A stretch of 64,000 nt of DNA from Malacoraja senta. Its lineage: Eukaryota. The stretch is taken from NCBI GenBank assembly GCA_038087875.1, contig JAXLNO010000709.1:124001-188000 (forward strand). Direction: 5' to 3'. Positions 49,573 to 62,826 of this stretch are shown here, piece after piece; position 1 is the first letter of the stretch; every line of letters starts with the position of its first letter. The notes under the pieces were generated by a model, which ran no database searches, had not been told where the DNA came from, and saw only the letters and a list, made by a program, of their open reading frames with translations. A program made the translations under genes and the position numbers.

Positions 49573-49674
49573 ACGATCTTTCTCCTCCATGCTTATCAAT
49601 TACCTAACTGCTGACTTTAAAATATTCCAATAGTGACATCACTCTGAGAGAAACAAACATTTCATTTCTCTAAG

Positions 49675-49950
49675 TGGCAAGTAGTGAAGCTAATAGAGCT
49701 GCCGCCCCATAACTAGAATGACACAGGTTTAGTCCTGATCTCCCGTACTGTCTGCATGGAGTTTCCATGTTCTCGCTGTGATCGGATGCGATTCCTCACA
49801 GTACTCTGGTTTCCCACATATCCCAAAGATGTGCAGGTTGGTAGTAGAATTGATGTAAAAGTGAGGAGAAAAGCTTACAAGGGAAATCAGTGGGGGAAAA
49901 GGATTGTTGTGTGAGCTGGCATAAATTTATTAGGCCAAATGTTGCAAGGA
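49675..49950 (+). mobile_element. Old diverged V-SINE-like copy
   Basis: AGAGCTGCCGCC...CTGTCTGCATGGAGTTT..ATGTTCTC...GGTTTCCCACATATCCCAAAGATGTGCAGGTTGGTAG. Confidence 0.65.
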
Positions 49951-50058
49951 AAGATGGAGAATGTGATTTTTTTTAAATCTTGTGTGGGCTGCCCCTTATT
50001 TTTACAACTGTGATTTCTCCCTCCCCTTGTGCCACTAGATTCCAGATTCTCCTAGAAA

Positions 50059-50214
50059 TTATAGACACAAAACGCTGGAGTAACTCAGTGGCTCAGGCAA
50101 CATCTCTGAACAGAATGGGTGACATTTCGGGAACCAGAGATACTGCCTGTCCCGATAAGTTACTCCAGCATTTTGTGTTTATCTTCAGTGTAAACCAGCA
50201 TCGGTCCTACACAT
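50059..50214. mobile_element. Internally deleted hairpin pLTR-derived element with 12-bp TSD
   Basis: TTCTCCTAGAAA at 50047-50058 and 50215-50226. Confidence 0.82.
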
Positions 50215-51070
50215 TTCTCCTAGAAAGGAAACAACCTCTACACATCCATCCTAGCTCAGGATCTTACAATTCATCTCTCACTGTTTCTAACTCCAGTGCA
50301 TACAAGCTAAGCCTCATAAAAGAACACGTCCATTCCAGGCATCGGTACGTAAAGCCTCAGTAGCCTGCTTCCAATGTATTACGTCCCTACTTAATAAAGC
50401 AAACCATTACTACACACAGTACACCGGGTATGGTCTGACCAATGGCCTATATAATGGAAGCATCACCTCTTTACTTTTGTATTCAATTCCCCCAGCTATA
50501 AACAGGTTTTTCACGTGACCTGTTTATTGCTGATGAGAGTGGCAAAAATGTAAAGGAGATGTGAGGGGCAGGTTTTTTTACACTGAGGGTGGTGGGTGCT
50601 GGAACACGATACCAGAGGCGGCGAAGGAGGCAGATACGACAGTGGCATAGAGATGGTTTTTGGATCGGCACATGGGAATGCACGAAATAGAGGGATATGG
50701 ATGATGTGCAGACAGAGAAGATTAGTTTGGCTTGATATCATGTTTGGCATGGACGTTCGGGACCAAAGGGCCTGTTCATGTGCTGTACTGTTCTATTTTT
50801 TACTTGTACCTGAAGAGCAGCCTTTAGCAAATCATGCTCCAGAGTCTGCAGATCCATCTATTTCTTGTCCTGATGCGAATTACCATTTACTGTATATAAT
50901 AGGCACATGATTTTCAATTCCTTCAACCAAAATTGATAATTTAGCAGTTTCCACTGAACATTCCCTTTACTGGATGTTTGCCCACTCACATCTTTGCCCA
51001 GCATCTTTGCCAATATTAAAATTAGTACTCGTGCTTTATCCAAGGTTTTATGTAAATGGTAAAAAGCTGG

Positions 51071-51207
51071 TGTTGGAAGGAACTGCAGATGCTGGTTTAA
51101 ACCGAAGATAGACACAAAATGCTGAAGTAACTCTGGAGAGAAGGAATGGGTGACGTTTCGGGCCGAGACCTTTCTTCAGGCTCAGCTTCAGACCCCTCTT
51201 CAGATTC
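51071..51207 (-). mobile_element. Single-arm pLTR-derived element with 10-bp TSD and intact hammerhead-like core
   Basis: AAAAAGCTGG at 51061-70 and 51208-17; minus strand 51179-51152 reads CTGAAGAAAGGTCTCGGCCCGAAACGTC. Confidence 0.82.
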
Positions 51208-52054
51208 AAAAAGCTGGGGCCCCAGTCCTGTGGAACACGTGTTACATCTTGCCTTTCTGAAGAGGACCCATTTACGACTACTCACTGTTTCTTATTAGCT
51301 GACAAAATTCCACCTTACCTCCAACATCATGAGCTTTTATTTTCCACTGTAACCTTATCGTATGCCTTCTGCATATCTTTGAATGATAATATCAAACTAT
51401 GTGACCATGGAAGGACGAGCAGAACATCACAACTTAATCTGTGCTCTTTCATGTCTGTCATTTTGCATGTACAGTTGTAACAAGGAATGATAACAATTAG
51501 AAGGGATGACCTTACACCTCTGTCGATGATCTTAGCAGTTCTTAAATAAGATATGGCTAAATTAACCATTGCTAATGACATTTAGTTTCTCCTAATACAA
51601 ATGCATCAGTACCACATACTTATTTATATACAGGGTGCCCAAGAAAAGGCAGCATTTTAACCTAGAACATGATTTCTAAACTTGTATATGTCGATCGAGT
51701 TGCATTTGAAATCAGTGTCTACATACTTGTAGTTTTAAAATAATTTGATAAAGAGCTTTTTGTTGAATTAAATGCAAAACTATTAATCACAAAATCCTTT
51801 TACATTCTCTATTTCAAAGAGGAAGTCCCTCCATCAGTTTCATATTTAGAAAGTGAGGCCTGATTTCCTGGCTGCTGGGCATTAAGATTCTTTACAGGCT
51901 CTCTTAATGTTAAGTATCTTCAATTACCATCCAATAACAGCAACTTTACTTTCTGTTTGCAATAAATTTAGACACTTAATCTACATTTAGCAATGGTATA
52001 CTGAGTTTAATACCCTAATGAGCAGGAAATATACCTATTGACGTACAAACTTGT

Positions 52055-52360
52055 GTGGCATGGTGGCGCAGCGGTAGAGTTGCTGCCGTACATTGCCAGG
52101 GACCTGGGTTCAATCCTGACTACGGGTGCTACGGAGTTTGTACTTTCTCCCTATGACCTGCATGAGTTTTCTCTGAGTACTTCGGTTTCCTCCCACACTC
52201 CAAAGACATACAGGTTTGCAGGTTAATTGGCTTAGTATAAATATAAATTGTCCCTAGTGTGTGTGTAGGATAGTGTTAATGTGCAGGGATTGCTGGTCGG
52301 TGCGGATTTGGTGGGCCGAAGGGCCTGTTTCCGCACTGTATCTTTAAACTGAACTAAACT
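52055..52360 (+). mobile_element. HE1/V-SINE-like SINE
   Basis: GGCATGGTGGCGCAGCGGTAGAG...GGGTTCAATCC...CTGTATCTTTAAACTGAACTAAACT. Confidence 0.9.
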
Positions 52361-53129
52361 GGCTGGAAAATGATAATACAAAATGCTGATTGTGTGAAAA
52401 AAATGAGCAGTGCCAAAGTTAGTAGACATTTTCTCGATGCGTAGAATGGTTTATTTTTGGAAGTTGTTCTCATTTAATTTAAAGTTATTTTGGTGAAGCA
52501 ATGAGCATAGTCTGTCTGTGATTTTGGACTAAAGACTATTTTTTCACATCTCCACAATGAAAGAAATGTGCAAATAACTTGCATTGAAAAAATAAAATGT
52601 AACACCAATGGCAAAGAAAAAGAAAGTTGACCAAACAGATCAATTGCAAATGAATGAATACTCTGGATATTATATCTTCAGGATGTCCTAAAGCACTTTA
52701 CAGTCAATTAAATGTATTTAAAGAACAATCGCGGAGATTTCAGAGGAAAAGAATATCCAATTTCAATTCACAATGTGTGAACATCTAACTTAAGATAGGA
52801 AAGTGAACTTTCTATGAGAAGAGGGCAAAGGTCATGACTCAACTATGTGTTCTTCTCCATAACCATAATGTACATTGAGTGTTACATTTATCTGCATGTC
52901 TCAATGAAATCCACGTATACTTTGTGGAAATTCCTCTCCGAACACCAGTTTTTATAGAAGGAAATCACCAAAGTTTTTTTTTAAGTGGCTTTGTAGGTTA
53001 ATTGGCCTCTGTAAATTGCGAGTACATTAAAGTGTAGGGAGTCGATTCATTATATACTAACAACAAATATTACAAGGGAATCTAAAAATTGCTTGCATTG
53101 GCTTAATCAGATCCATTTATATAAATAAA

Positions 53130-54662
53130 CTAGACTGTGGGACCCGTTGGGTCCCAGTCACCACGGGGGGTGTGTGGTTGGGGGGGGGGGGGTGGAGAGG
53201 AAGTGAGTAGAAACATAGAAACATAGAAAATAGGTGCAGGAGGAGGCCATTCGGCCCTTCGAGCCAGCACCACCATTCATTGTGATCATGGCTGATCGTC
53301 CCCTATCAATAACCCGTGCCGGCCTTCTCCCCATATCCCTTGACTCCACTAGCCCCTAGAGCTCTATCTAACTCTCTCTTAAATCCATCCAGTGATTTGG
53401 CCTCCACTGCCCTCTGTGGCAGGGAATTCCATAAATTCACAACTCTCTGGGTGAAAATGTTTTTTCTCACCTCAGTCTTAAATGACCTCCCCTTTATTCT
53501 AAGACTGTGGCCCCTGGTTCTGGACTCGCCCAACATTGGGAACATTTTTTCTGCATCTAGCTTGTCCAGTCCTTTTATAATTGTATATGTTTCTATAAGA
53601 TACCCCCTCATCCTTCTAAACTCCAGTGAATACAAGCCTAGTCTTTTCAATCTTTCCTCATATGACAGTCCCGCCATCCCAGGGATCAATCTCGTGAACC
53701 TACGCTGCACTGCCTCAATCACAAGGATGTCCTTCCTCAAATTAGGAGACCAGAGCCCTATACAACTGCAGAAGAACCTTTTTACTCCTATACTGAAATC
53801 CTCTTGTTATGAAGGCCAACATTCCATCAGCTTTCTTCACTGACTGCTGTACCTGCACGCCAACTTTCAGTGACCGGTGTACAAGGACACCCAGGTCTCG
53901 CTGCACCTCCCCCTTACCTAGCCTAACCCCATTGAGATAATAATCTGCCCCCTTGTTTTTGCCGCCAAAGTGGATAACCACATTTATCTATATTATACTG
54001 CATCTGCCACGCATCTGCCCACTCACTCAACCTAGTCCAGGTCACCTTGCAACCTCCTAACATCCTCTTCACAGTTCACACTGCCACCCAGCTTTGTGTC
54101 ATCCGCAAACTTGCTAGAGTTCTCCTAATTCCCTCTTCTAAATCATTAATATATGATGCCCGTAATACAACACACAAACCCATGGGGGAGTGTGCGGTAT
54201 TACGGTGGAGGGGAGAAGGAGTCAGCGAGGGGGACCAGAGGGGAAGGGGTTGGGGGTGCGATGGGGACTCACATCATGCGCTGGTCACTTCGCTGGCCGC
54301 TTCGCTGGTCGTTCTCCTGCGCACGGCTCACGGACTAAATCAGCACGGCTTGTGGACTCAGCCCCGCCTCCGGGGTTTATTCTCCTCACCCCGCCCGGTG
54401 ATTAACAGCGGGTGCCGGAAGGGGCGTTACCTTTATAGTGACACAGGCGAGAAGACCAATCTGCTGATCTCATGATTTTTGAAACCTTCATATCTTTTGT
54501 AATCTTCCAGCAATCGGAACAAAACTTGTTGCGCTTGGAGCAGAGGAGAACTTTGAGTAAGGTGGCGAAAAAATCCTAGCAATATACGGTACCGTTTTTG
54601 CACAAATTTAAAACAACGCAAACCGAAAGAGGACAAGATGAGAGTTTTAGTAATAGTATAGA
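53130..54662 (-). mobile_element. Non-autonomous Helitron (about 590 bp net) carrying a nested CR1
   Basis: Minus strand: A|TCTATACTATTACTAAAAC ... TGGGACCC-AAC-GGGTCCCA hairpin (53138-53156) CAGT CTAG|T. This gives 5'-TC, 3'-CTAG, a sub-terminal hairpin, an AT target and no TSD. Confidence 0.85.
53208..54151 (-). mobile_element. CR1 LINE fragment nested in the Helitron
   Basis: KGEVQRDLGVLVH, RGYLIETYTIIKGLD, QRVVNLWNSLPQ; (AGAAACAT)n tail. Confidence 0.95.
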
Positions 54663-54981
54663 TGTTCTCAAGACTGCTCAATCTGAGACTGTACCCGTAT
54701 CAAGTAGGAAGTATAATGGTCATTTTGATATCACGTCACGGTGCCAGTGTGGTGGTTTACATTGTGTCATACTAACCGATTCTTTTGCTGCTGCTAGAAA
54801 GACCATGAAATATCAAGTCATGGAATCATACAGCACGGCAAGGGGAAAGGTTTAATAGGAACCTGAGGGACAACCTTTCCGCACAGAGGGTGGTCGGTAT
54901 ATGGGACGAGCTGCCAGAGGAGGTGGTTGAGGCATGCACTGTAGCAGCATTTAAAAGATATTTTGACAGGTGCATGGATAA

Positions 54982-55304
54982 AGGGCCTGTCCAATTGTAC
55001 GAGGTAATTCAAGAGCTCTCTCGAGTTTAAAAAAAATTCAAACTCGTGGTAAGTACGTAGCGGGTACGTCGGAGCTCTGGACGCCTCTTAGCGGCTCGTA
55101 ACGCTAACGGCAGGTACTCGGGTAAGCTCGTGAAGACTCGTGAAGATTTTTCAACATGAACCCCTCAGGTTCCTATTAACATGTTGAAAAATGTCCACGA
55201 GAGCCCGGAGTACTTACGAGCGGCTATTACCGTAATTCTCCGAGTTCGAATCAGCTGAAACTCGGGAAAACTCTTGAATTAGCTCGTACAGTGGGACAGG
55301 CCGT
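54982..55304. mobile_element. PIF/Harbinger-like MITE, 323 bp, inside a CR1 tail (about 54840-55390)
   Basis: TAA|AGGGCCTGTCCAATTGTACGAGGTAATTCAAGAG ... CTCTTGAATTAGCTCGTACAGTGGGACAGGCCGT|TAA. The empty site GGATAAGAAAG restores the CR1 sequence. Confidence 0.87.
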
Positions 55305-55714
55305 TAAGAAAGATTTGGAGGGATATGGGCCAACACAGCCAGTTGGGACCAGTGTAGATGGCACATTTAAGGGCCTGTTTCCATGCGTGTGGCTCCATGC
55401 TGTTTCCATGCTGGGTGGCTTATATATATATACATATATGTGTGTGTACTTGTGTGTATGTATATACAGAATATACACACTGAACTTTTTTTTCCTCTCG
55501 TTTATCATATTGTTTACAGTGCACTATGTTTACATATTCTGTTGTGCTGCAGCAAGTAAGAATTTTGTAGTTCTATCTGGGACAGGTGACAATAAGCCAC
55601 TCTTGAATCTTGACTATAACTCTATGACAGCAAGATTCCTCGAGTTGTGGATAGTGTGGGAGGAGACCAAAGCATACAGCGATATAGATCAACTACAGAA
55701 ATAGGCGGCGAAAT

Positions 55715-56012
55715 GGCACACCATCAGATTCAGGGACAGTTTTTCACAGCTGTTATCAGGCAACCGAAGCATCCTACCACAATCAGAGAGCAGAGAGCAG
55801 TGCTGAACTACTATCTACCCCTTTGGTGACCCTCGGTCTATCCTTGATCAGTCTTTGCTGACTTTACCTTGCACTAAACGTTATTCCCTTATCATGTATC
55901 TGTACACTGCAAAAGGATCGATTGTAATCATGTATTGTCTTTCCGCTGACTGGTTAGCACACAGCAAAAGCTTTTCACTGAACCTCGGTACATGTGACAA
56001 TAAACTAAATTG
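55715..56012 (+). repeat. Rex1/L2-type LINE 3' end; other copies at about 25950-26176 (+) and 35030-35160 (-)
   Basis: AGATTCAGGGACAGTTTTTC..AGCTGTTATCAGGCAAC...CTTTACCTTGCACTAAACGTTATTCCC...GTGACAATAAACTAAA. Confidence 0.75.
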
Positions 56013-58154
56013 AACAGAAAAAAAAAGATGGGGTTTAATCTGAGGAAATGTGGGGTGTCGCTCTTGGGAGGTCGGGTACCCCATCATTCTTGGTGCCCCC
56101 CCACATTGGGCCCCCATTTTTGTCGCCCCTCCCCCTTTCATTCCTTTGCCACATTTGGACCAGATGGTAAGGAAGGGTGATTTTATTCCCATAGAACTCC
56201 CAGCTGGACTCTGTTGCATATTGTTTAAACATAGCTTTTTCTTTCTTTGATTGATAGTGTAAAGTGGATGAGCAATAAAACTATTTTACAAGGTTGCACT
56301 AGAATTGTTGAATTGTGGAGAACAGCCCAATCCTCCTGAAATATGCAGCACATATTCAAGTTCAGGAATCTTTGAATAGCTAATTTTGATTTCAAGCGCA
56401 TTTGATCTGAGGAAGACCTATTGTAAATGCATTTAATGCAAGCATTAAAGTAGTTCCTTGGATCCATTAGATTTCTTGGCTATTGTGTGAACATTACATT
56501 TAATCCTTTGAATTCAACAAAAAAGCAGATATGTCTGATTGCACATTTAATTTTTAAAAACATCTAAAAGGAAAGCTCTCCTAAGCATGTGAATGCTCAT
56601 GCTGGTAAAATAACTTTGGCCCTGCGGTCTCTCTTATCTCTCTACACATATTAGCAGTTAAGGTCAATAATATAAAGAATAAATATTCTTTTATCCTCAT
56701 TTTATTTTTCCAATTCACATTCTTAAAAAACAGAAGACTTAATTTCTCTCTGATTTTAGTTGTTTCCATATTTTTTTAATAAAACTTCAACTCATGCTGT
56801 GCAGGTGAAGAACATAAATTCCATACAATCTGATTTCTATGCAGGGAACATCTGACATGACACTGCTCAACCAGGGCAGCATTTGCCTGAATCAAAAGTG
56901 AAGTAGACCAAGGAAGAGTTAAATTTATCTTTGCACCAGACTAGAATGTCGATGAGAAAGGTTGCTGCATGTTATGTTATTTGAGTGCAAAGACTCAGTT
57001 ACTATGCAGGAGCATTTGTTATACAGCAGTTGAGATCCCTGTCAAACACAAGTGGTGAGGTGGAGTATGGTGAGTCGGGGGTGGGGTAGCGTGGGGTAGG
57101 GTGGTAATGATGTGGGTTTGTTGGGTAAAATTTCTCTGCAAAGTCAAAACTGGAAATCCGACAAGGAAAAACAGATCAGATATTCTTCCGTTCCACATAC
57201 AAGAATGACATTGATAATCAGGCCTTGTCCATGGACCAATACTATGTTCTTAGGTGGTCAGATTCAAATTAATTTATTGTCATATACTGTACATTAGAGA
57301 TGCAATGAAATTCCCTGTTGACATGAGTCTCCAAGTAAATAATATACAGTGATGATAAATATGACGATAATAAACAGTTCCATGGTGCAAAGATTATAAT
57401 GCGATGTGAGGTAAAGCAAAAGACAAGAACAGAATAAGCAAATTGAATGGAGTTAAGAATCAGAATACATGGCAGCACCTCCGTGAAGGTGGAGTGAAAG
57501 AAGTGATGGTTCCTCAATCTGATGTAATGTGGAAGAAGCTTTCTTAAATTTGGACATCTAGATTTTCAAGCTCCAGTATCTTCTTCAGGAAGAGGGAATG
57601 GACAGGGTGTCCGGCATCCTGGAGGATTCTTCCAGTCTTGCTGTTGCAGCTCAGAGCAGAGCAGTTGCCATACCAGATACATCTCATCAGTATATTTGAA
57701 AACACAACTGTAGAAGTTTGAAAGAATGCTCATGGACATGCTGAATCTTCTCAGATGCCTTGGAAGCCCATGGCCTTTGCTGTATCCGGTGCCTTTTGCC
57801 ATTATTCCTATCTTGTGGAGTGATTTGAATTGGCTGAAGGCTGGCATCTTGTCATGCTGGGGACCACTGGGGGAGGCCAAGTTGGATCATTCACTTTGTA
57901 ACCTCTGACTGAAATGTTTCAAATTTCTCTCACTGATGTGGTGGGCTCCCCCATAGTTGATAATGGAGATATTTGTGGTTATTTTGGGTGGATGTGACAG
58001 GACTACAGAGCTTGGATCTAATCTGTTGGTTGTATTGGTTGCATGAGAACATAGGTGCTGGCTGAAAACATTAACTTCAAGCGATTAGGATTGTACATGA
58101 ATACAATCAAGCCATGCACAAGTAGAGGTAAATAGAAAAATACAAGCGTTCTTT

Positions 58155-58465
58155 GGGCGGTATGGTGGCACAGCGGTAGAGTTGCTGCCTTACAACGCCA
58201 GAGACTCCGGCTCAATGTTGACTTTGGGTGCTGTACGGAATAAGTATGTTCTCCCTGTGATCGCGTGGGTTTTCTCCGGGTGCTCATTTTGCCATTCACC
58301 CACACTCCAAAGACGTTCAGGATTGTTGGTTAACTGGCTTTGGTAAAAAAAATTATAAATTGTCCCTAGTGTATAGGATAGTGTTAGTGTACGTGGTGAT
58401 CGCTGGTCGGTGCGGACACGGTGGGCTGAAGGGCCTGTTTCCACACTGTATCTCTAAAGTCTAAA
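58155..58465 (+). mobile_element. HE1/V-SINE-like SINE
   Basis: GGGCGGTATGGTGGCACAGCGGTAGAG...CTGTATCTCTAAAGTCTAAA. Confidence 0.9.
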
Positions 58466-59634
58466 AGTGTGCAGATTATAGTGGAATATAACCAGAATAT
58501 GAGGTGCTTTTCTTTAGTTTGCATTTGTCCTCACCATGGCAGTGCAGTAGGACTAGGAAAGGCAGTTGAATTAAAATAGAATTGCAAGCTCAAGGTGGTT
58601 ATTGCCAGCAGAGTGCAGGTGCAAAAGTATCACCGATATTATGACCCTACTTGACAGGCTGTTCAATAAAGTTAAAAATCCAGGGACAAGGAAGAGGACC
58701 AAATTAAACATAAAACTTGCTCAGTGGCAAAAAGTAAAGGTGAATGTTTGATGGGTATTTTTATGATTGTTAACCGAGTACGCTACTCTGAACTCAGGCA
58801 AAAAAGTCCCATCTCTTACATTTGATTGAACACATTAAAAGTAATATAGTCGACATGAAAAAAGTTTATAGAAGATACAAATGTTGCTCGTACAATTGAC
58901 ATTGGGAAGAAAGCTTTTTGTCAATGTCCTTGTCAGATTGACAGAGAAGTGGTAAAAAATAGTATTTTTGGAGACTTCAATCACTATCAATATCCTGGCT
59001 GTCACCATTGACCAGGAATTCAACCGGACTAGCAGTATTAATACTGTGGCTACCACAGCAGATTAGAGACTAAGTATCCTGCGAAAAGTGACCCACTTTC
59101 TGACGCCCCAAAGCCTTTCCATAATACAGGAGGCACAAGTCAGTTGGTAATGGAATGCTCTTCATTTTCCGGGATTCCCCTAAAACACACAAGATGCTTG
59201 GCACCATTCAGGGCAAAGCGATCCCTCCCAAACTTGTGACCTCAACTAGCAGGACAGACGAGGTCTTCATGAACGTGGAAACACCACCGCCACATGAGTC
59301 TCTTTGAGTCGCAAATTATTTCCAATATTTTTGTCAGTGTTGCTGAATGTAGAGCCTGGGACCTTCATCCTACAGCATTGTGGCAGTGCCTTCAATAGAA
59401 GGACTGCAGGGGCTTTAGACATTCAGAAACATTTAAAAACCATTACAATTATGGTAGGTAGTTTAAAACATGATTAAAAACGCTGCAAAGCACTTCGTAA
59501 TTGGCAATTACTGAGCAAGTAGTTAGTAAGGGAAGTGAATTGTTGCTGTTTATTGTGCTGCCAGTGGAGGAAAAAAGGAAAGGGATGGGGTATAAAAGTA
59601 GTGACATTTTGTTCCAGCTTAAAATTGGAGAATC

Positions 59635-60080
59635 CAATTGATAGCTTCCAACCTATCAGTATGAACATTGAATTCTCCAATTTTAGGTAAATATACACTC
59701 CTCCCTTTCCCATTCTTTTTACCCCTCTCCTTCCTGTGCCTCATCTGGATAAGCACTCATTGCTCCCTTTCCTCTTCCCCTTCCACCTATATTCTTTCCT
59801 CTGACTTCCCCTTTCATGCCTCTTCTGTTTGTCTCCTTATCTCACACGTTTTGTCTTTTCATCATTGGCTTTTGACCAACCTCACTTGTATCCACTTATC
59901 ACATACCAGACTGTCCCCACCCCACCCCCCCCAACCCCCCCCCCCCCTCCACCACTCTTCCAGCTTTCTCCCCTCTACTACAATCGGTCGGAAAAATTGT
60001 CAGAACGCAAAACGTTGCCTTTCCATGTTCTCCAAAGATGCTGCCTGACCCGCTGAGTTACTACAGCATTTTGTGTTGTT
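59635..60080 (+). mobile_element. Penelope-like 3' end (ORF terminus + pLTR)
   Basis: QPISMNIEFSNFR* (compare GMNIEYSNFR at about 13190), pyrimidine-rich UTR, then AAAACGTTGCC...GATGCTGCCTGACCCGCTGAGTTACTACAGCATTTTGTGT. Confidence 0.8.
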
Positions 60081-61934
60081 TTTTCCAATATTTTTTGTCT
60101 CGGTTCTCAGTGAAGATTCAAAATTACTGCAGCTTTTTTTTAATTTCAAAAGCCTTTGATCATAATTACAAGCATTTTGTTCAATGACTTACCTCTTGCT
60201 TATTTTCCATGGTATGATTTAAGATCCTGAATGTAATAGAACTAGAAGTGAGTTCGGGGAGCAACACAGTAAGGCCTGTGTTCACTGAGCCCCCTCTGGG
60301 ATTGAACTAGACTACTTCCTCAAAGGCCACATGCAAATCCTTATTTCAGTGCCATCTGTTCTCAATTCACAAAGATCCATTTGGTTCTGCACTACCCCAC
60401 CTCAGAACATATATGTATGATTCAGTACTGAACTTAAAATACAGCTGTGAGTCAGATTGTAACATTTGATTTGTAAAGCAAAGGATGACAGAACCATTGC
60501 TGTAACTACAAAGGTGGACATTGGTGAATCAGCTGAAGGCAAGAGAGACAGAGAGAACTAGTTGGTAGGAGCTTGATTAGGATGAATGGATCAGGAATTA
60601 AAGTATTTTTATTGGCCTAATTTTCGCAACTTGCCAAAATAAGGCAACTATTTTGCCATTGATAGAGTTAAATTCAGAAGATGGAGCAAATGCCAAAGGC
60701 AGTTAAGTTCAATGGGACTGAGACTTCTACCCATTTTTCATTCCTGTGTGCCAGTTTTCCACCACCGCATTCACCCTCATCACGTGCCAATATTACAAAG
60801 TGACTGTAGTTCAAAAGTACTGCATTGACTGTAATACTTCGGGATTTAAGTCCTTAAGTTCAGATGTGATAGGAGCAGCTTTAGGCCATTCGGTCCATCA
60901 AGTCTACTCCGCCATTATATCATGGCTGATCTATTCTTCCTTCACAACCCCATTCTCCTGCCTTCTCCCCATAACCCCTGACACGCCTGACATATTATGT
61001 GGCCTTGAAAAGTACCGGGTGCAAGCAAGCCTTATCTTTTCCAACATTGGTGTAGAATAGTTATTCCAGATAGAATTAATTTACTCGAGGGAAAAATGAT
61101 GGGTAAAAGTGTGGTTCCTTTCATCCTATGACAGGCTAAAATTGCATGCTCTGAATACGGGTAAATGCAGGAGAAAAAGAGAGAGAGAGAGAGAGAGTAG
61201 GAGGAACAAGAAACATATCGGAAATACAAAGAACAAAGGCTAATGCAAGTGCAAACAGATGTTTCCTATTCTTTCAACTGTTCTATTCTCAGTAATTTAT
61301 TCCTTTCCCTTTTTTGTGTATATGGACGGCCAAAGGGAATGGATTATATTCACTTCCTGAAGTCTGCCCATGCTGTGCCCAACCATTAACCTGCACCATT
61401 AAGTACTCACTGGCCATTCTTTTCATTCATGCCATTATGATGTTTACATTGCTATGCAATGGAAAATGAGGTTAGCAGCTCTAGATGAGTGCCCCCCCAC
61501 AATTGCAAAAAGGGGGTGAGACTAAAATTAGGACGATGGAATCAGCATAGCTTTCCTGTACATGCTGCTTTTTAAAACTCTCATTAGTTGTTCCCAGCAA
61601 TAATTCGATGAATTTAAAAGAAAAGTATTTACTGCAGTGGTTTGCTTCTGTTTGAATAATATGAACAATATTCATCGAAAATTCTGAAGATGTAACTTCG
61701 TTTTCCAAATTGTGTGCTGCCTTAACTATATTTTCTTTGCATTTCTTGCCCAAAGCCGATGCTATGATAGGGTGAAGTTATTACAGGCATCAGTGTTGCA
61801 GTCCGTAAAATCTGCCTTAATTCTAATCAGGTATGAGTTAGCGCTGGACAAAGTTGCGAGCATGCCTTTCAGATAATCCTCAAGTGATCCTCCCAAAAAG
61901 ATGTCATACTCCATGTAAACTGCAGTATATTTAA

Positions 61935-62826
61935 ATATGTGGAATGGCAAATGGTTTTGCAGATAGTGGAGATGGCTGTGAAAGATTGCAGCAGGATCTG
62001 AATCGATTGGGCAGGTGGGCAGAGGAATGGTTGATGTAATTTAATACAGAAAAGTGTGAGGTTTGCATTTTGGGATGTCGAACAAGGGCAGGACCTACAC
62101 AATAAATGGTAGGCCTCTGGGTAGTGTTGTAGAGCAGAGGGTTCTAGGAGTACAGGTGCATGGTTCCTTGAAGGCTTTTGGCACTTTGGCCTTCATCAGT
62201 CAGAGTATTGAGTATAGAAGTTGGGAGGTCATGTTGCAGTTGTATAAGATGCTGGTGAGACCACATTTAGAATATTGTGTTCAGTTCTGGGCACCATGTT
62301 ATAGGAAAGATATTGTCAAGCTTGAAAGGGTTCAGAAAAGATTTACGAGAATATTGCCAGGACTAGAGGGTGTGAGCAATAGGGAGAGGTTGACTAGGCT
62401 GGGTCTCTATTCCATGGAGCGCAGGAAGTTGAGATGAGATCTTATAGAGGTATACAAAATCATGAATAGATCGGGTAGATGCACAGATTATTTTGCCCAG
62501 AGTAGGGGAATCGAGGACCAGAGGACATAGGTTCAAGGTGAAGGGGAAAAGATTTAATAGGAATCCGAGGGGTAACTTTTTCACACAAAGGGTGGTGGGT
62601 GTATGGAACAAGCTGCCAGAGGAGATAGTTGAGGCTGGGACTATCCCATCGTTTAAGAAATAGTTCGACAGGTACATGGATAGGACAGGTTTGTAGGGAT
62701 ATGGACCAAGTGCAGGCAAGTGGGACTAGTGTAGCTGGGACCAAGATCTTTGGCTGGGACATTGTTCGCCAGTGTGGACGAGTTGGGCCGAAGGGCCTGT
62801 TTCCACACTGTATCACTATATGACTC
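61935..62826 (+). mobile_element. CR1 LINE 3' fragment
   Basis: HFGMSNKGRTY...LYKMLVRPHLEYCVQFWAP...LGLYSMERRKLR, followed by the tail. Confidence 0.92.

Noticed and set aside
60484..60561. Possible next XRCC4 exon (DDRTIAVTTKVDIGESAEGKRDREN)
   Set aside because: No polypyrimidine acceptor, an in-frame stop follows, and the expected PSRKRR-like motif is absent. The next exon is probably beyond the window.
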